64,000 nt of DNA. It comes from Chiloscyllium plagiosum. Taxonomy: Eukaryota. Shown piece by piece: positions 12,631-23,700 of the stretch. The DNA lies in assembly GCF_004010195.1 (NCBI RefSeq), contig NC_057728.1:47774166-47838165 (forward strand), written 5' to 3'. The notes beneath the pieces are model-generated. The model saw only the letters and a program-made list of their open reading frames with translations. It was not told where the DNA came from and ran no database searches. Each line of letters opens with the position of its first letter. The stretch's first letter is position 1. The translations under genes were made by a program, and so were the position numbers.

Positions 12631-13169
12631 GTACTTGCAAACAAACGGGCCTTCAGACTGCTTGATAAAAAGCCCACAAGAACAACTTCAAAATGAAGGA
12701 CTGCTGCATTGTGATGAGACGTTAACCAAGACTTTGACTGTACTCTCAGGTGATCCCTTGGCACAGTCAAAGAAGGTGCCTTACATAACATCTATTTCTG
12801 GTCATTTGTTTCATTTATACTTGTAGAAGCTTGCTGTACTGAAATTGCAGTCTTATTACCAACATAACAACTGTCACTATTCTTCACAGTCTTAATTAGA
12901 ATATCCTGAGGTTGTGAAATCCACAAAATAAATACAAATCCTTCTTTCCTTATTCCTAAATGTGCAAGTTCAATAATCTGTTCAATTTTTTTCACTTCCT
13001 CTTTAACATTTCTGAATTCAACCTGGATTGAAACCCTCAAGATATTTTTGCTCTGGTTATGTTGACACATTAACTTAATTTCTGGGTCAATGTGCAATTC
13101 CTGTGAGATTCAGCTATTGAGCTTTAAGACAGGTTTGCACTGTGACAGCTGTACCACTTTACACTGAGA

Positions 13170-13450
13170 TCAAAGACTTAAGGTGATCAGTAGAAGGATT
13201 GTGGGAGGTACATGAGGAAGAACATTTTCCACCAGAGAACGGTGGGTGTCGGGAACTCACTGCTTAGTTGGGTGTTTAAGAAGGAAATCCTCAATTCAAT
13301 GGAAAGGAATCTCGATCTGCATCTGAAGCTCTTAGATCTGCAAAGCTATAGAGCAGGTGCTGGGAAGTGAGATTAGAATGCTTGGCTAGTTTATTCAGCT
13401 GATGCAAGAATGATGGGTTGAATGGCCTCTTTGTGTGGTTCTATGGTTTC
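13170..13450 (+). mobile_element. Old CR1 3' fragment
   Basis: MRKNIF.QR..GVGNSL motif and a GGGTTGAATGGCCTCT tail. Confidence 0.6.
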
Positions 13451-13689
13451 TGTAGTTCTATTTGTCACTGAAACCTTCAGATTTCCATCTAGTTTTGGAA
13501 GAAGACTCTTATTCAGGGAATCCTCAATGGATTAGAATTCCAGATTTGCAAAGTAAAAGTGTTTCTCACTTTAAAACACAGAAAACAAGAAAGTAAAACA
13601 AGATTAAGTGAGAAATTGCATCACCTTCAGAAGATGGTAGTATTTTCTGATTGCGAATGAGGCATTTATTACAGAGTGATATGCAAGGT

Positions 13690-13845
13690 AAAAACATAGA
13701 GATGCAGAGCATGGAAATTGACCAGGTACCATAAATTAATCTAGTCCCACTTGCCAGCATTTGGTCCATGTCCCTCTAAACCCATCCAGATGTCTTTTAA
13801 ATGTTGTAATTTTACTAGCCTCCACCACTTCCTCTGACAGTTCAT
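13690..13845 (-). mobile_element. CR1 3' UTR fragment
   Basis: CTAGTCCCACTTGCCAGCATTTGG...CCATCCAGATGTCTTTTAAATGTTGT is the reverse complement of the HER1-like tail. Confidence 0.7.
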
Positions 13846-14019
13846 TTAACAAAGCGTGAAACCATCTCAATTGTTCTGTTTTGTATGTGTTGAATGATCT
13901 TTATCAGGAACACATAAAACAATAAACATCTTTTACGTGGATTATTTTAGAAAATTACAGGCCAAGGAAGGTAATCCAATTGCAGGGGCAGAGTAGAAAC
14001 TGCTGGAAAGTGATACGCA

Positions 14020-14176
14020 GAGACGACTGGTTGGGGTTTAACCTACGGGTCAGCAAGCCTCAGGAAAGGGGAGAGTTTGAGAAGCAGAGACCCTCACGAT
14101 AACCTCAGTCAGTGCAGGAATTGAACTGCACACTGTTGGCTGCATTGCAAACCCAGCTATCCAGCCAACTCAGCTA
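14020..14176 (-). mobile_element. tRNA-derived SINE fragment (third family; related copy at 45455-45600)
   Basis: Minus-strand A-box-like TAGCTGAGTTGG and B-box-like AGTTCAATTCC. Shares the CCTGAGG...GGTTAA core with the 45.5 kb copy. Confidence 0.55.
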
Positions 14177-15199
14177 AAGCATTGGCAGGCTACAGCCACC
14201 CTGCTTGGTTCCTGTAAATTGCCCTAGACATGCCAAAACGGACCTGGAGGTCCTGGTGACCTGACATGTTGGTAACTGATGGAAGGCTGTTGGAGCAAGC
14301 AGTGAGCTGGCGTTGACAGGTTCTGCTCCGACTTTCATGTTGGGACCTGTCCCCAGCTTGTTTTTGCGTGGCAAGTACGCGAATAGGAAACTACACATTA
14401 TCTCACCTCATTAATGTAATAAAGAAGATACTAATGGATACAAAAAAATCTCTCACCATTCACAAACAAAATGCTCATCTCACCATTCAACACTTGGAAA
14501 ATGGAACATTTTGCTCTTGATGTCAGGAGGCTTCTCATTAGTGATCAACCTTCCCCCTGGGCTGAGTGCCCACTTTGAGGGCCCACACACTATTGGTGTG
14601 TCTACACTAATCTCAGCGTTGACTTCTTGCTTCAAAATTCACTGTTATACTCAGATTTTAGAGGTCCACACTGAGGGATTAAAAAAAAGAGGCAACGTAG
14701 GTGCTGATTTCATGCAATTCTCTCAGTCTTCTCATCAATGCCAACGCGTTCAGTGTCTCAGAAGACTCTGCCCATCGTTTCTGACCAGGAGTAGAAGTAT
14801 ATTTGACATTGATTGGTTCAGAGAAGTATGAACTTAGAAAATAACCACATAGGTTAAGGGAATGATTCTCTGTATTCCTGGTGTTCAATTTTGCTCCTTC
14901 TCAAAATGTTTGGCCATGTAGAATTTCTGCATGTCATTTCTCCACATCTTGAAATATCCCATTTCTTGGAGTCTGAATAAATTAAGGGTTGATGCTGAAG
15001 CTGTTTATGATACTTCAAGTGATTGAAGGAAATTGTGATAGAATTTTGGCTGCAATAAGCATAGCTAAAAATATTTGGCTGAAGGTCATCACTTCTTTTT
15101 CACTGTGGATTTTAACTACTTCTTTTCGATTAATCCTTCCATTATTGAATGTTTTAGTCACAATGGCCAGTTAAAATTTAAGCTCCGAAGGCGCATAGT

Positions 15200-15548
15200 T
15201 TTTATTTATTCCTTCATGGGATGTGGGTGTTGCTGGCAATGTCCAGTATTTGCTCTGAATACCCTTGATCTGAGTGGCTTACTCATACAAATGGAGCAGT
15301 TAATGGTTACCCATATTACTGTGTGTCTGCAGTTATCTGTAGCCTGTGGGTTTCCTTCCCCCAAAGGACATTACTGATACAAATAAGCTGCATAACAATG
15401 GATTCGTGAACACAATTAGTGAGCAGCTTTTAATTCCATATTTATTCATTGAATTTAAATTCCATTAACTGATATGGTGGGATTTGTCTGGACATTCGTC
15501 TGGGCCTCTAAATTATTAGCCGAATAACACTACTACAACACCACACCC
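15200..15548 (-). mobile_element. Older copy of the tRNA-headed bipartite SINE family
   Basis: LINE tail (TTCATGGGATGTGGGTGTTGCTGG...CCCTTGA) is joined to CTGAGTGGCTT...TTTCCTTCCCCAAAGGACATT, which matches 19187-19260. Confidence 0.7.
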
Positions 15549-15749
15549 TTTTTTTTAATACATTTAGACTTTGGGAAAGCGCTAGTATTTTTTGTAGCCG
15601 ATGTTCCTTCTGCGCAAATTTTATTTGGCATTATTCTTCACTTTATATCTACTTATAAGCCTTCTCATATTTAGACAAACTCTGATGAGCCTGATGCTAC
15701 TCCAGAGCAGAATACCCTTTTGGTGCTGCAGCAATTTCTGTGATTCTCC

Positions 15750-16100
15750 ATAGAATAGAACCACAGAATCCCTACAGTGTGGAAACAGATCCTTCAGCCC
15801 AACAAGTCCACACCAACTCTCCGAAGAGTAACCCACCCAGACCCATTCCCCCTACCCTATATTTACCCATGACTACTGCACCTAACCTACACATCCCTGA
15901 CCAGTTTGGGCAATTTAGCACAGCCAGTCCACCCAACCTGCACATCTTTGGACTGTGGGAGGAAACCGGAGCACCTGGAGGAAACCCACACAGGCACGGG
16001 GAGAATGTGCGAACTCCAGACAGATAGTTGCCCCAGGCTGGAATCGAACTCTGGCACTGAGAGGCAGCAGTGTTAACCAGTGAAACACCGTGCCACCCCA
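15750..16100 (-). mobile_element. HE1-type V-SINE
   Basis: tRNA head, V-SINE core (GGGTTTCCTCCAGGTGCTCCGGTTTCCTCCCACAGTCCAAAGATGTGCAGG) and CR1-like tail. Confidence 0.9.
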
Positions 16101-16316
16101 TGGATTCTGTATGTCAGCTGAGCCAGTCATGGTCTCCCTCTCCATTCAGATTACAATCAAATGAAGCAAAGCTGCTCCTGGTGTCCATTTAAATTTCTAT
16201 GATCTATGATCTGAAAATGCTTTAATGTGAAACACATAATGTGAAAATAACAGAACTATTTTTAGTTCAAATATTCTATATAGACTTACTGGCTTCCCCA
16301 TTTCTAGCGACATTTC

Positions 16317-19300
16317 TTTTATTCATTTGTGGGACTTGAGTGTCGCTGGCTGGCCAGCATTGATAGCCCATCCCTATTCGCCCTTGAGAAATGGTGGTGA
16401 GCAGTCTTCTTGAATCGCTGCAGTCCACTTACTGTGGGATGACCCACAATGCCAGTAGGGAGGGAATTCCAGGATTTTGACCCAATGACTATGAAGGAAC
16501 AACAGTATATTACCAAGTCCAGGTGGTGAGTGGCTTGAAGGGGAACTTGCAGGTGGTGGTGTTCCCAAGCACCTGCTGCCCTTGTCCTTCTAGATGGAAG
16601 TGGTCGTGGGTTTGGAAGTCTAAGGAGCTTTGGTGAATTTCTGCAGTGTATCTTATAGATATTACACACTGCTGATACTGAGCGCTGATGGTGGTAGGAT
16701 TGAGTGTTTGTAGATGTGCTGCCAATCAAGCGGGTTGTTTTGTCCTGGATGGTGTCAACCTTCTTGAGTGTTGTTGGAGCTGCACCTATCCAGGCAAGTG
16801 GAGAGTATTCCACCACACTCCTGACTTGTGCCTTGTAGATGGTAAATAGACTTTGGGGTGTCAGAGGTGAGTTACTTACCGCAGTATCCCTAGTCTCTGA
16901 CCTGCTCTTGTAGTGAGAGCAGTTGAGTTTCTGGTAAATGGTAACCCCAAGAATGTTGACATTTGGGGATTCAGTGATGGTAATACCATTGAATGTCAAG
17001 GGATAGTGGCATTTATGTGGCACGAATGTTACTTGCCACTTGTCAGCCCAAGGCTGGATATTGTCCAGATCTTGTTGCATTTGGGCACAGACTGCTTCAG
17101 TATCTGAAGAGTCACAAATGGTGCTGAACATTGTGCAATCATCGGCAAACATCCCCACTTCTGACCTTATGACAGAGGGAAGGTCATTGATGAAGCAGCT
17201 GAAGATGTTTGGGCCTAGGACACTACCCTGAAGGACTCCTGCAGAGATGTCCTGGAGCTGAGATGACTGACCCTCATGACCACAACAATCTTCCTTTGTG
17301 CGAGGTATGACTCTAACCAGCAGAGTGTTTTCCTCCATGATACCCATTAATTCCAGTTTTGCCAGGGCTCCTTGATGCTATACTCGGTCAGATGTGGCCT
17401 TGATGTCAAGGGCTGTCACTCTCACCTCCCCTCTGGAATTCAGCTCTTTTGTCCATGCTTGAACCAAGGCTGTAATGAGACCAGGAGCTGAGACCTGGCA
17501 GAACCCAAACTGGACATCACTGAGCAGGTTGTTGCTGAGCAGGTGCTGCTTGATAGCACTGTTGATGACCTCTTCCATCACTTTACTGATGATGGAGAGT
17601 AGACTGATTGGGCAGTAAATGGCCAGGTTGTATTTATGCTGCTTTTTGTGTGCGGGAAATACCTGGGCAATTTTCCACATTGTCGGGTAGATGCTGGTGT
17701 TGTAACTGTACTGGAAGAGCTTGGCTAGGAGAGTGGCAGGTTCTGGAGCACAGGTCTTCAGTACTATTGTCGGAATGTTATCAGGGCCCATTGCCATTGC
17801 AGTATCCAGTGCCTCTAGCCATTTTCGATATCCCATGGAGTGAACCAAATTGGCTGGAGACTGGTATTTGTGATGTTGGGGACCACTGGAGTAGCCCGAG
17901 ATGACTCATCCACTCAGCACTTCTGACTGAAGATTGTTGCGAATGCATCAGCCTTATCTTTTGCGCGGATATGCTGGGCCCTTGCATCATTGAGAATGGG
18001 GATATTTGTGCAGCCTCCTTCTTCAGTGAGTTGTTTAATTGTCCACCACCATTCATGACTGGATGTGGAAGGACTGCAGAGCTTAGAGGTGATCCGATGG
18101 TTGTGGAATCACTTAGCTCTGTCTATCACTTGCTGCTTATGCCATTTGGCATGCAAGTAATCCTGTTTGGTAGCTTCACCAGGTTGACACCTCATTTTTA
18201 GGTATGCCTGGTGCTGCTCTTGGTTTGCCCTCCTGCATGGTAATGGTTGAGTGGGGGACATGCCAGGCCATGAGGTTGCAGATTGTGCTGGAGTACAGCT
18301 TTGCTGCTGTTGATGCCCCACAGTGCTTCATGGATGCCCAGTCCTGAGCTGTTAGATCAATTCGAAGTCTGCCCCTTTTAGCACGGTGATAGTGTCATTC
18401 AACAAGATGGAGGTTATTCTCGATGTGAAGGCGGGGCTTCATCTCCACAAGGACAGTGCGGTGGCCACTTTTACCTATACTGTCATGGACAGATGCTTCT
18501 GCAGCCAACAGATTAGTAAAGATGAGGTCAAGTATGTATTTTCCCTCTTGTTGGTTCCATCACCACCTGCTGCACACCCAGTCTAGCAGTTGTATCCTTT
18601 AGGACCCAACCAACTCAATCAGTAATGCTGCTGCCGAGCCACTCTTGGTGGTGGACATTGAAATACCCCACCCAGAGTACATTCTGCACCCTTGCCACAC
18701 TCAGTGCTTCCTCCAACATGGAGGATTACTGATTCATCAGCCGAAGGAGGATGATACATGGTAACCAGTAATAGGTTTCCTTGCTCATGTTTAATCTGAA
18801 GCCATGAGACTTCATGGGGTCCAGAGTTGATGACAAGGACTCCCAGGGCAACTCTCTCCTGACTGTATACCACTATGCCACCACCTCTACTGGGTCTGTC
18901 CTGCCGGTGGGACAAGACATATCCAGGGATAGTAATGATGGTGTCTGGGGTTTTATCTGTAAGATATGATTCGTAAGAAAGACTAAGTCAGGCTGTTGCT
19001 TGACAAGTCTGTGAGACAGCTCTCCCAGTTTGGGTACTAGCCTCCTGATGATGGTCAGGAGGACTTTGCAGGGTTGACAGGGATGTCTGTGTTTTTGCTG
19101 TTGTCTTTTCCACTTCCAAGTTTGATGTCAGGTGGTCCATCTGGCTTCATGTCTTTGTTGTGACTTTCTAGCGATTGATACAATCACTGAGTGGCTTGCT
19201 AGGCCATTTCAGAGGGCAGTTGAGACCACATGGTAGATTTCCTTCCCTAAAGGACATTGGTGAACCAGATGGTTTTTCCGACAATTGGCAATGGTTTCAT

Positions 19301-19456
19301 GATCATCAGCCCATGATATTTTAATTCCAAATTTTTTTAATTGAATTCAAATTCTTTCATCTGCTGTAGCGGGATTCAAACCCAGGTCCTCAGAACATTA
19401 CTCTGGGTTTCTGGACAAACATGTCGAACAATAATACCACTTGGCCATTGCCTCCC
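16317..19456 (-). mobile_element. Near full-length decayed CR1-group LINE (APE endonuclease + RT) with a tRNA-like 5' end and no apparent ORF1
   Basis: APE motifs KLGELSHRLVKQQPD, HRQDRPSRGGG, YHPPS. RT motifs MGPDNIP, YCPISLLSIISKVME, QFGF, GVLQGSVLGP, MFADD. Several frameshifts. A and B boxes at the 5' end. Confidence 0.9.
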
Positions 19457-19602
19457 GCTAGGATGGTGACAAAAAAAATTGCTCCTTGATTTTACCCAGA
19501 TCTCACCACATCAAGCACAGATGTTCAGTAGATCCAGCTGCTGTTACCACCAGCATATTGTTAGGATCTACAGGTTAATGATCAAACATTTCAGCCATGC
19601 TA

Positions 19603-19907
19603 TGAATATGTCAAGTGCCATGAAACCCTGGAAAGAGACATGAACTGAGGACTTCTGAGTCAGAAGCAGGAAGACTATTTACTGTGCCTCAAGACGTCCT
19701 ACTATTTTTATGTTAAAAATAATCATGAAAGACATTTTAATAGTCTCAATTATTGTTCCTGTGGTGTTGAGATAAGAATTGATTTGACACAATGTAAGGC
19801 ACACACTATTTTGCTAGGGATGAGATGAAGTTACATTTGAATGGATTATAAATAGGAAATTAAAAGCTAAAAGAACTGCAAGTCTGACAACATCTGAGGA
19901 GAGAAAT
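19603..19907 (+). repeat. Direct repeat copy 1 (~305 bp)
   Basis: TGAATATGTCAAGTGCCATGAAACCCTGG...CATCTGAGGAGAG, roughly 90% identical by eye to 21501-21810. Confidence 0.95.
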
Positions 19908-22380
19908 CAGAGTTAATGTTTTGTGACTATTGACCATTCTTGACGACTGATGGACTGATGGTAGGTAGGGAAAGGATGTTTTTTATACAAATGATGGAGT
20001 GGGGTGTGGGGGGGGATAAGTAAATGATGAGTGGAAATAGAGCCCAAAGAAAGAGGAGAACAATTGGACAGACAGTCTGGGGTAATGAATAGCTGTTAAT
20101 GGGGAGAATTAGTGGTTGACAATTGGTAATGTGTGGCAACAGCAAGGTTTGGTGTGTGGGATGGGGGAAAGTATGGGGAAAGATGCTCAGGCCATAAAAT
20201 TATTGACCTCAATAGTAGGTCCAGAGGTTGCAGGGTTCCCAAGTGGAAAATGAGGTGCTGTTCTTCCAACTTGCACTGCAGCAAGCCAGAGACAGAAATG
20301 TTAGCGGGGCACACAGTGATTTGTTGAAGTGGCAGGCAGCTGGAAGTTCAGGGTGATTTTTGCAGACAGAATGTAAGTGTTCTGCAAAGTGGTCACCCAG
20401 TCTGCACTTCACTTCCCAAGTGAAGAGATAACCACATTGTGAGCAGTGAATACAATAGACTAGATTGAGTGAAGCGCAGGTAAAGTACTGCTTCACCTGG
20501 AAGGTGTGTCTTGAGCCTTGGATAATAAGGGGTGAAGAAATAAACGGGCAGGTGTTTCACTTTCTGCGAATGAAGGGAAAGGTGCCATGGGGCTACGGGG
20601 GGGTGTTGGGAGTGAAGGAGAAGTGGACCAGAGTTTTCCAGAAGGAACAGTCCTTATGAAAGGCTGACGAGGAAGGGGAGGGGAATATGTATCTGGTAGT
20701 GGCATCCCACTGGAGGTGGCAGAAATGGCAGCTAATGATCCTCTGATGTGGATGCTGGTGGGATGGTAGGTGAGGACAAGGGGGGCCCTATTGCTGATGT
20801 GGGAGGGAAGAAGGTGGTGAGGACTGAAGTGCAGGTGATAGATTGAACCCGACTGAGAGCCCTGTCAACCACAGTGCTGGGAAATCTTTGGTTGAGGAAG
20901 TAGGTAGACATTTCGAAGACCCTATCGTCAAAGGTAGCATCATCAGAACAGTTGCAACAGAGACAGAGGAATTGAGAGAAAGGAATAGGGTCTTTACAGG
21001 AAGCAGGGGGTGAAAGTGTATAGTCAATGGTGGGAATCAGTGGGTGTGTAATGGATATTGTTGGCCTGCCTATCCCCAGAAATGGAAACAGAGATGTCGA
21101 GGAAGGGAAGGGAGGAGTCAAAGATGGACCAGGTTAAGGTGAGAGTGAGATTGAAAGTGGAAGCAAAATAGATAAACTTTTCCAATTCTGAATGAGACTG
21201 GGAAATAGCACCGATGTTGTCATCAGTATACTGGAGAAAGAATTGTGGATGGGGGCCAGACTTAGATTGGAACAAGGAATGTTCCATGTACCCCACAAAG
21301 AGACAGACATAACTGGGGCCCATGTGAGTGCACATGGTCACCCTGTTTACCCGAAGAAAGTGAGAGGCGTTAAAAGGGAAGTTGCTCAGGGTGAGGATGA
21401 GCTCAGCCAGACACTGCAAGTTGGTGGTTCAGGCCTTTTTTCCGGAAAGAAGCGGACAGCCCTGACACCATCCTAATGGAGGATGGACATGTAAAGGGAT
21501 TGAATATGTCAGGTGCCATGAAACCCTGGAAAGAGACATGAACTGAGGACTTCGGAGTCAGAAGCAGGAAGACTACTTACTGTGCCTCAAGACCTCCTAC
21601 TTTTTTATGTTAAAAATAATCATGAAAGGCATTTTAATAGTCTGAATTATTGTTCCTGTGGTGTTGAGATGAGAATTGATTTGACACAGTGTAAGGCACA
21701 CATTATTTTGCTAGGGATGAGATGAAGTTATATTTAAATGGATCATAAATAGGAAATTAAAAGCCAAATGAACTGCGGATGCAAGTCTATCAGCATCTGA
21801 GGAGAGTAATTCACACCCCTCCTAAACACCGTACCCCAATGGCACTTTCCTCTTCAAATCGCAGAAGATGTAACGCCTGCTCATTTATTTCCTCCCCCCT
21901 TTTTATCCAAGGCTCAAGACACACCTTCAAGGTAAAGTAGTGCTTTACCTGCACTGCACTCAATCTATTGGCTCTGTCTGAGCTCATCTTCACCCTGAAC
22001 ACCCTGAATGTCCATGGTAAAGATGAGGCAGCTGGAAATTCTGATACTTATGTAAAGGGTCAGAGGAATTGTGGATGTAAATTGGAAGGGACTGGACTAA
22101 GGCAGAAAAAAAATTGAATTGAGGTAGGGTTTTCTGGGGCAGGAGCAGACCGAAACAATGGCAGACCGTGGCAGCCCTGTTTGTGGATTTTGGGAAAGAG
22201 GTAGAAGTGAGCTGTGCAGGATTGGGAGAGTATGAGCTTAGAGACAGTGGAGGGGATATCACCAGATGAAATAAGGTTTGTGATTGTAGTGGGCACATTG
22301 GCCTGATGTACCGTGGTGGAGTCATAGTCCAGGGTGAGATAGGAGATGGTATCGGAGAGCTGGCATTGCAATGTAGAGGT
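19862..22380 (-). mobile_element. Decayed Penelope-like retroelement (RT + GIY-YIG), interrupted at 21501-22004
   Basis: FYLFPKIHK, LIFTMDIQ/SLYMSI, THMGPSYVCLFVGYME, LQYTDD, LPFLDI, TPTDSH, IPFSQFL, NLVYCIHCSQCG...RLGDHFAEHL, KLEEQHLIFHLGTLQP. Confidence 0.9.
21501..21810 (+). repeat. Direct repeat copy 2 (~310 bp)
   Basis: TGAATATGTCAGGTGCCATGAAACCCTGG...CATCTGAGGAGAG. Confidence 0.95.
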
Positions 22381-23369
22381 CAGTAGGAAATAAGGAATGC
22401 ACAGATTTCTCACTTCTGTCCTTCCTGACAGCTCCTGATTTGCTTGAACTGGAGACCTCACTATTCGCTGGGGATTCTGCAATCTCAACAGAGCGCAGGC
22501 CTTTCGGTGGCCAGCTACTGCTGAGCAGCCCTCATCATTGTTAACTATGGACCCATTCTCTCCCTGACAGTGACATCACTGTAGCCATCTTGCTTCAAGA
22601 GAGATTCACGTCAAGGGTCTCCATCCAAACGATCAAGCAAACAGATTTTTCTTTTAAGAAAAGCTAAATAAAGAAGTAAATGCATTGCAACAGAAATGGC
22701 TGGAGAAACACAGCAGGTCAGGCAGCATCTGTGGAGAGAAAGCAAGGTTACTCTTCTTTATATATTTGGAGAAGGCATGGAAAGAAGGATGTTCCCACCC
22801 CTTCAACTACAGGCCACTTATAAGCTGCATTGCCGTAATCTTCACAATCGCTGTTATTGGCTTGACACTATTGGCTGATTCTTCTTCATCAATATCATTG
22901 CCACCACTGACATTGTGGGATTGATTTTTAATGCTGGTTGCATGGTAGTACTGGACAATTATATTTAGATCCTGATGGCTTCTGTCCTTTTGAGATATAA
23001 ATCTGCAAGACATTTAAATAGGTCAAGAGTGCATCTAAAGTGGTTGGGCAAATGGAGGGTTTGTATTACATCAATGGGACCTCATCACGATTTTAACAGA
23101 GGCCAGAGTAGAATGGCCTTCATAGATATCCCCCACAAACTAAGTAAACAGCAATCAGGCAATGGTCTAGAGACAGAAGAAATCCTGCTGTTACATTGCA
23201 AAGAATTCCTTCATGGGACCAGGAGGAGCAAGAATGGTCCTTCTATGCTACTTACTGGGAAATCCACAATCTATTCCTGTTGGCAGTTACCTTGTATCCT
23301 CTTGACACCATTCAGGGCAGGAACTTGACTGGTGGCATTTAATATGGCCCAGTGGTTATATATTCCCTT

Positions 23370-23700
23370 CAGTGACAAAGCAGGTAATTCGGTCTATCAA
23401 GTCCACACTGACCCTCCAAAGAGCATCGTAACCAGAGCCACCCCCTATCCCTGCATTTTCCATGGCTATCCCACCTAGTCTGCACATCCCTGGATACTAC
23501 GAGGCAATTTAGCATGGCTAATCCAACTAACCTGCACATCTTTGGACAGTGGGAGGAAACTGGAGCACCTGGAGGAAACCCACACAGCCACGGGGAGAGC
23601 ATGCAAACTCTACACAAACAGTTGCCCAAGGTTGGAATCGAACCGAGGTCCCTGGCGATGTGAAGCAATAGTGCTAACTACTGAGCCTCCGTGCCACCCC
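23370..23700 (-). mobile_element. HE1-type V-SINE
   Basis: GGCACGGAGGCTCAGTAGTTAGCAC head, GGTTCGATTCC B box and V core. Confidence 0.9.

Noticed and set aside
16319..17347. 342-aa ORF as a host gene
   Set aside because: It is the RT of a decayed LINE with frameshifts.
19603..21810. The ~305-bp direct repeats as LTRs flanking the PLE
   Set aside because: The second copy interrupts the RT mid-motif and the element continues beyond it, which fits a local duplication rather than LTRs.
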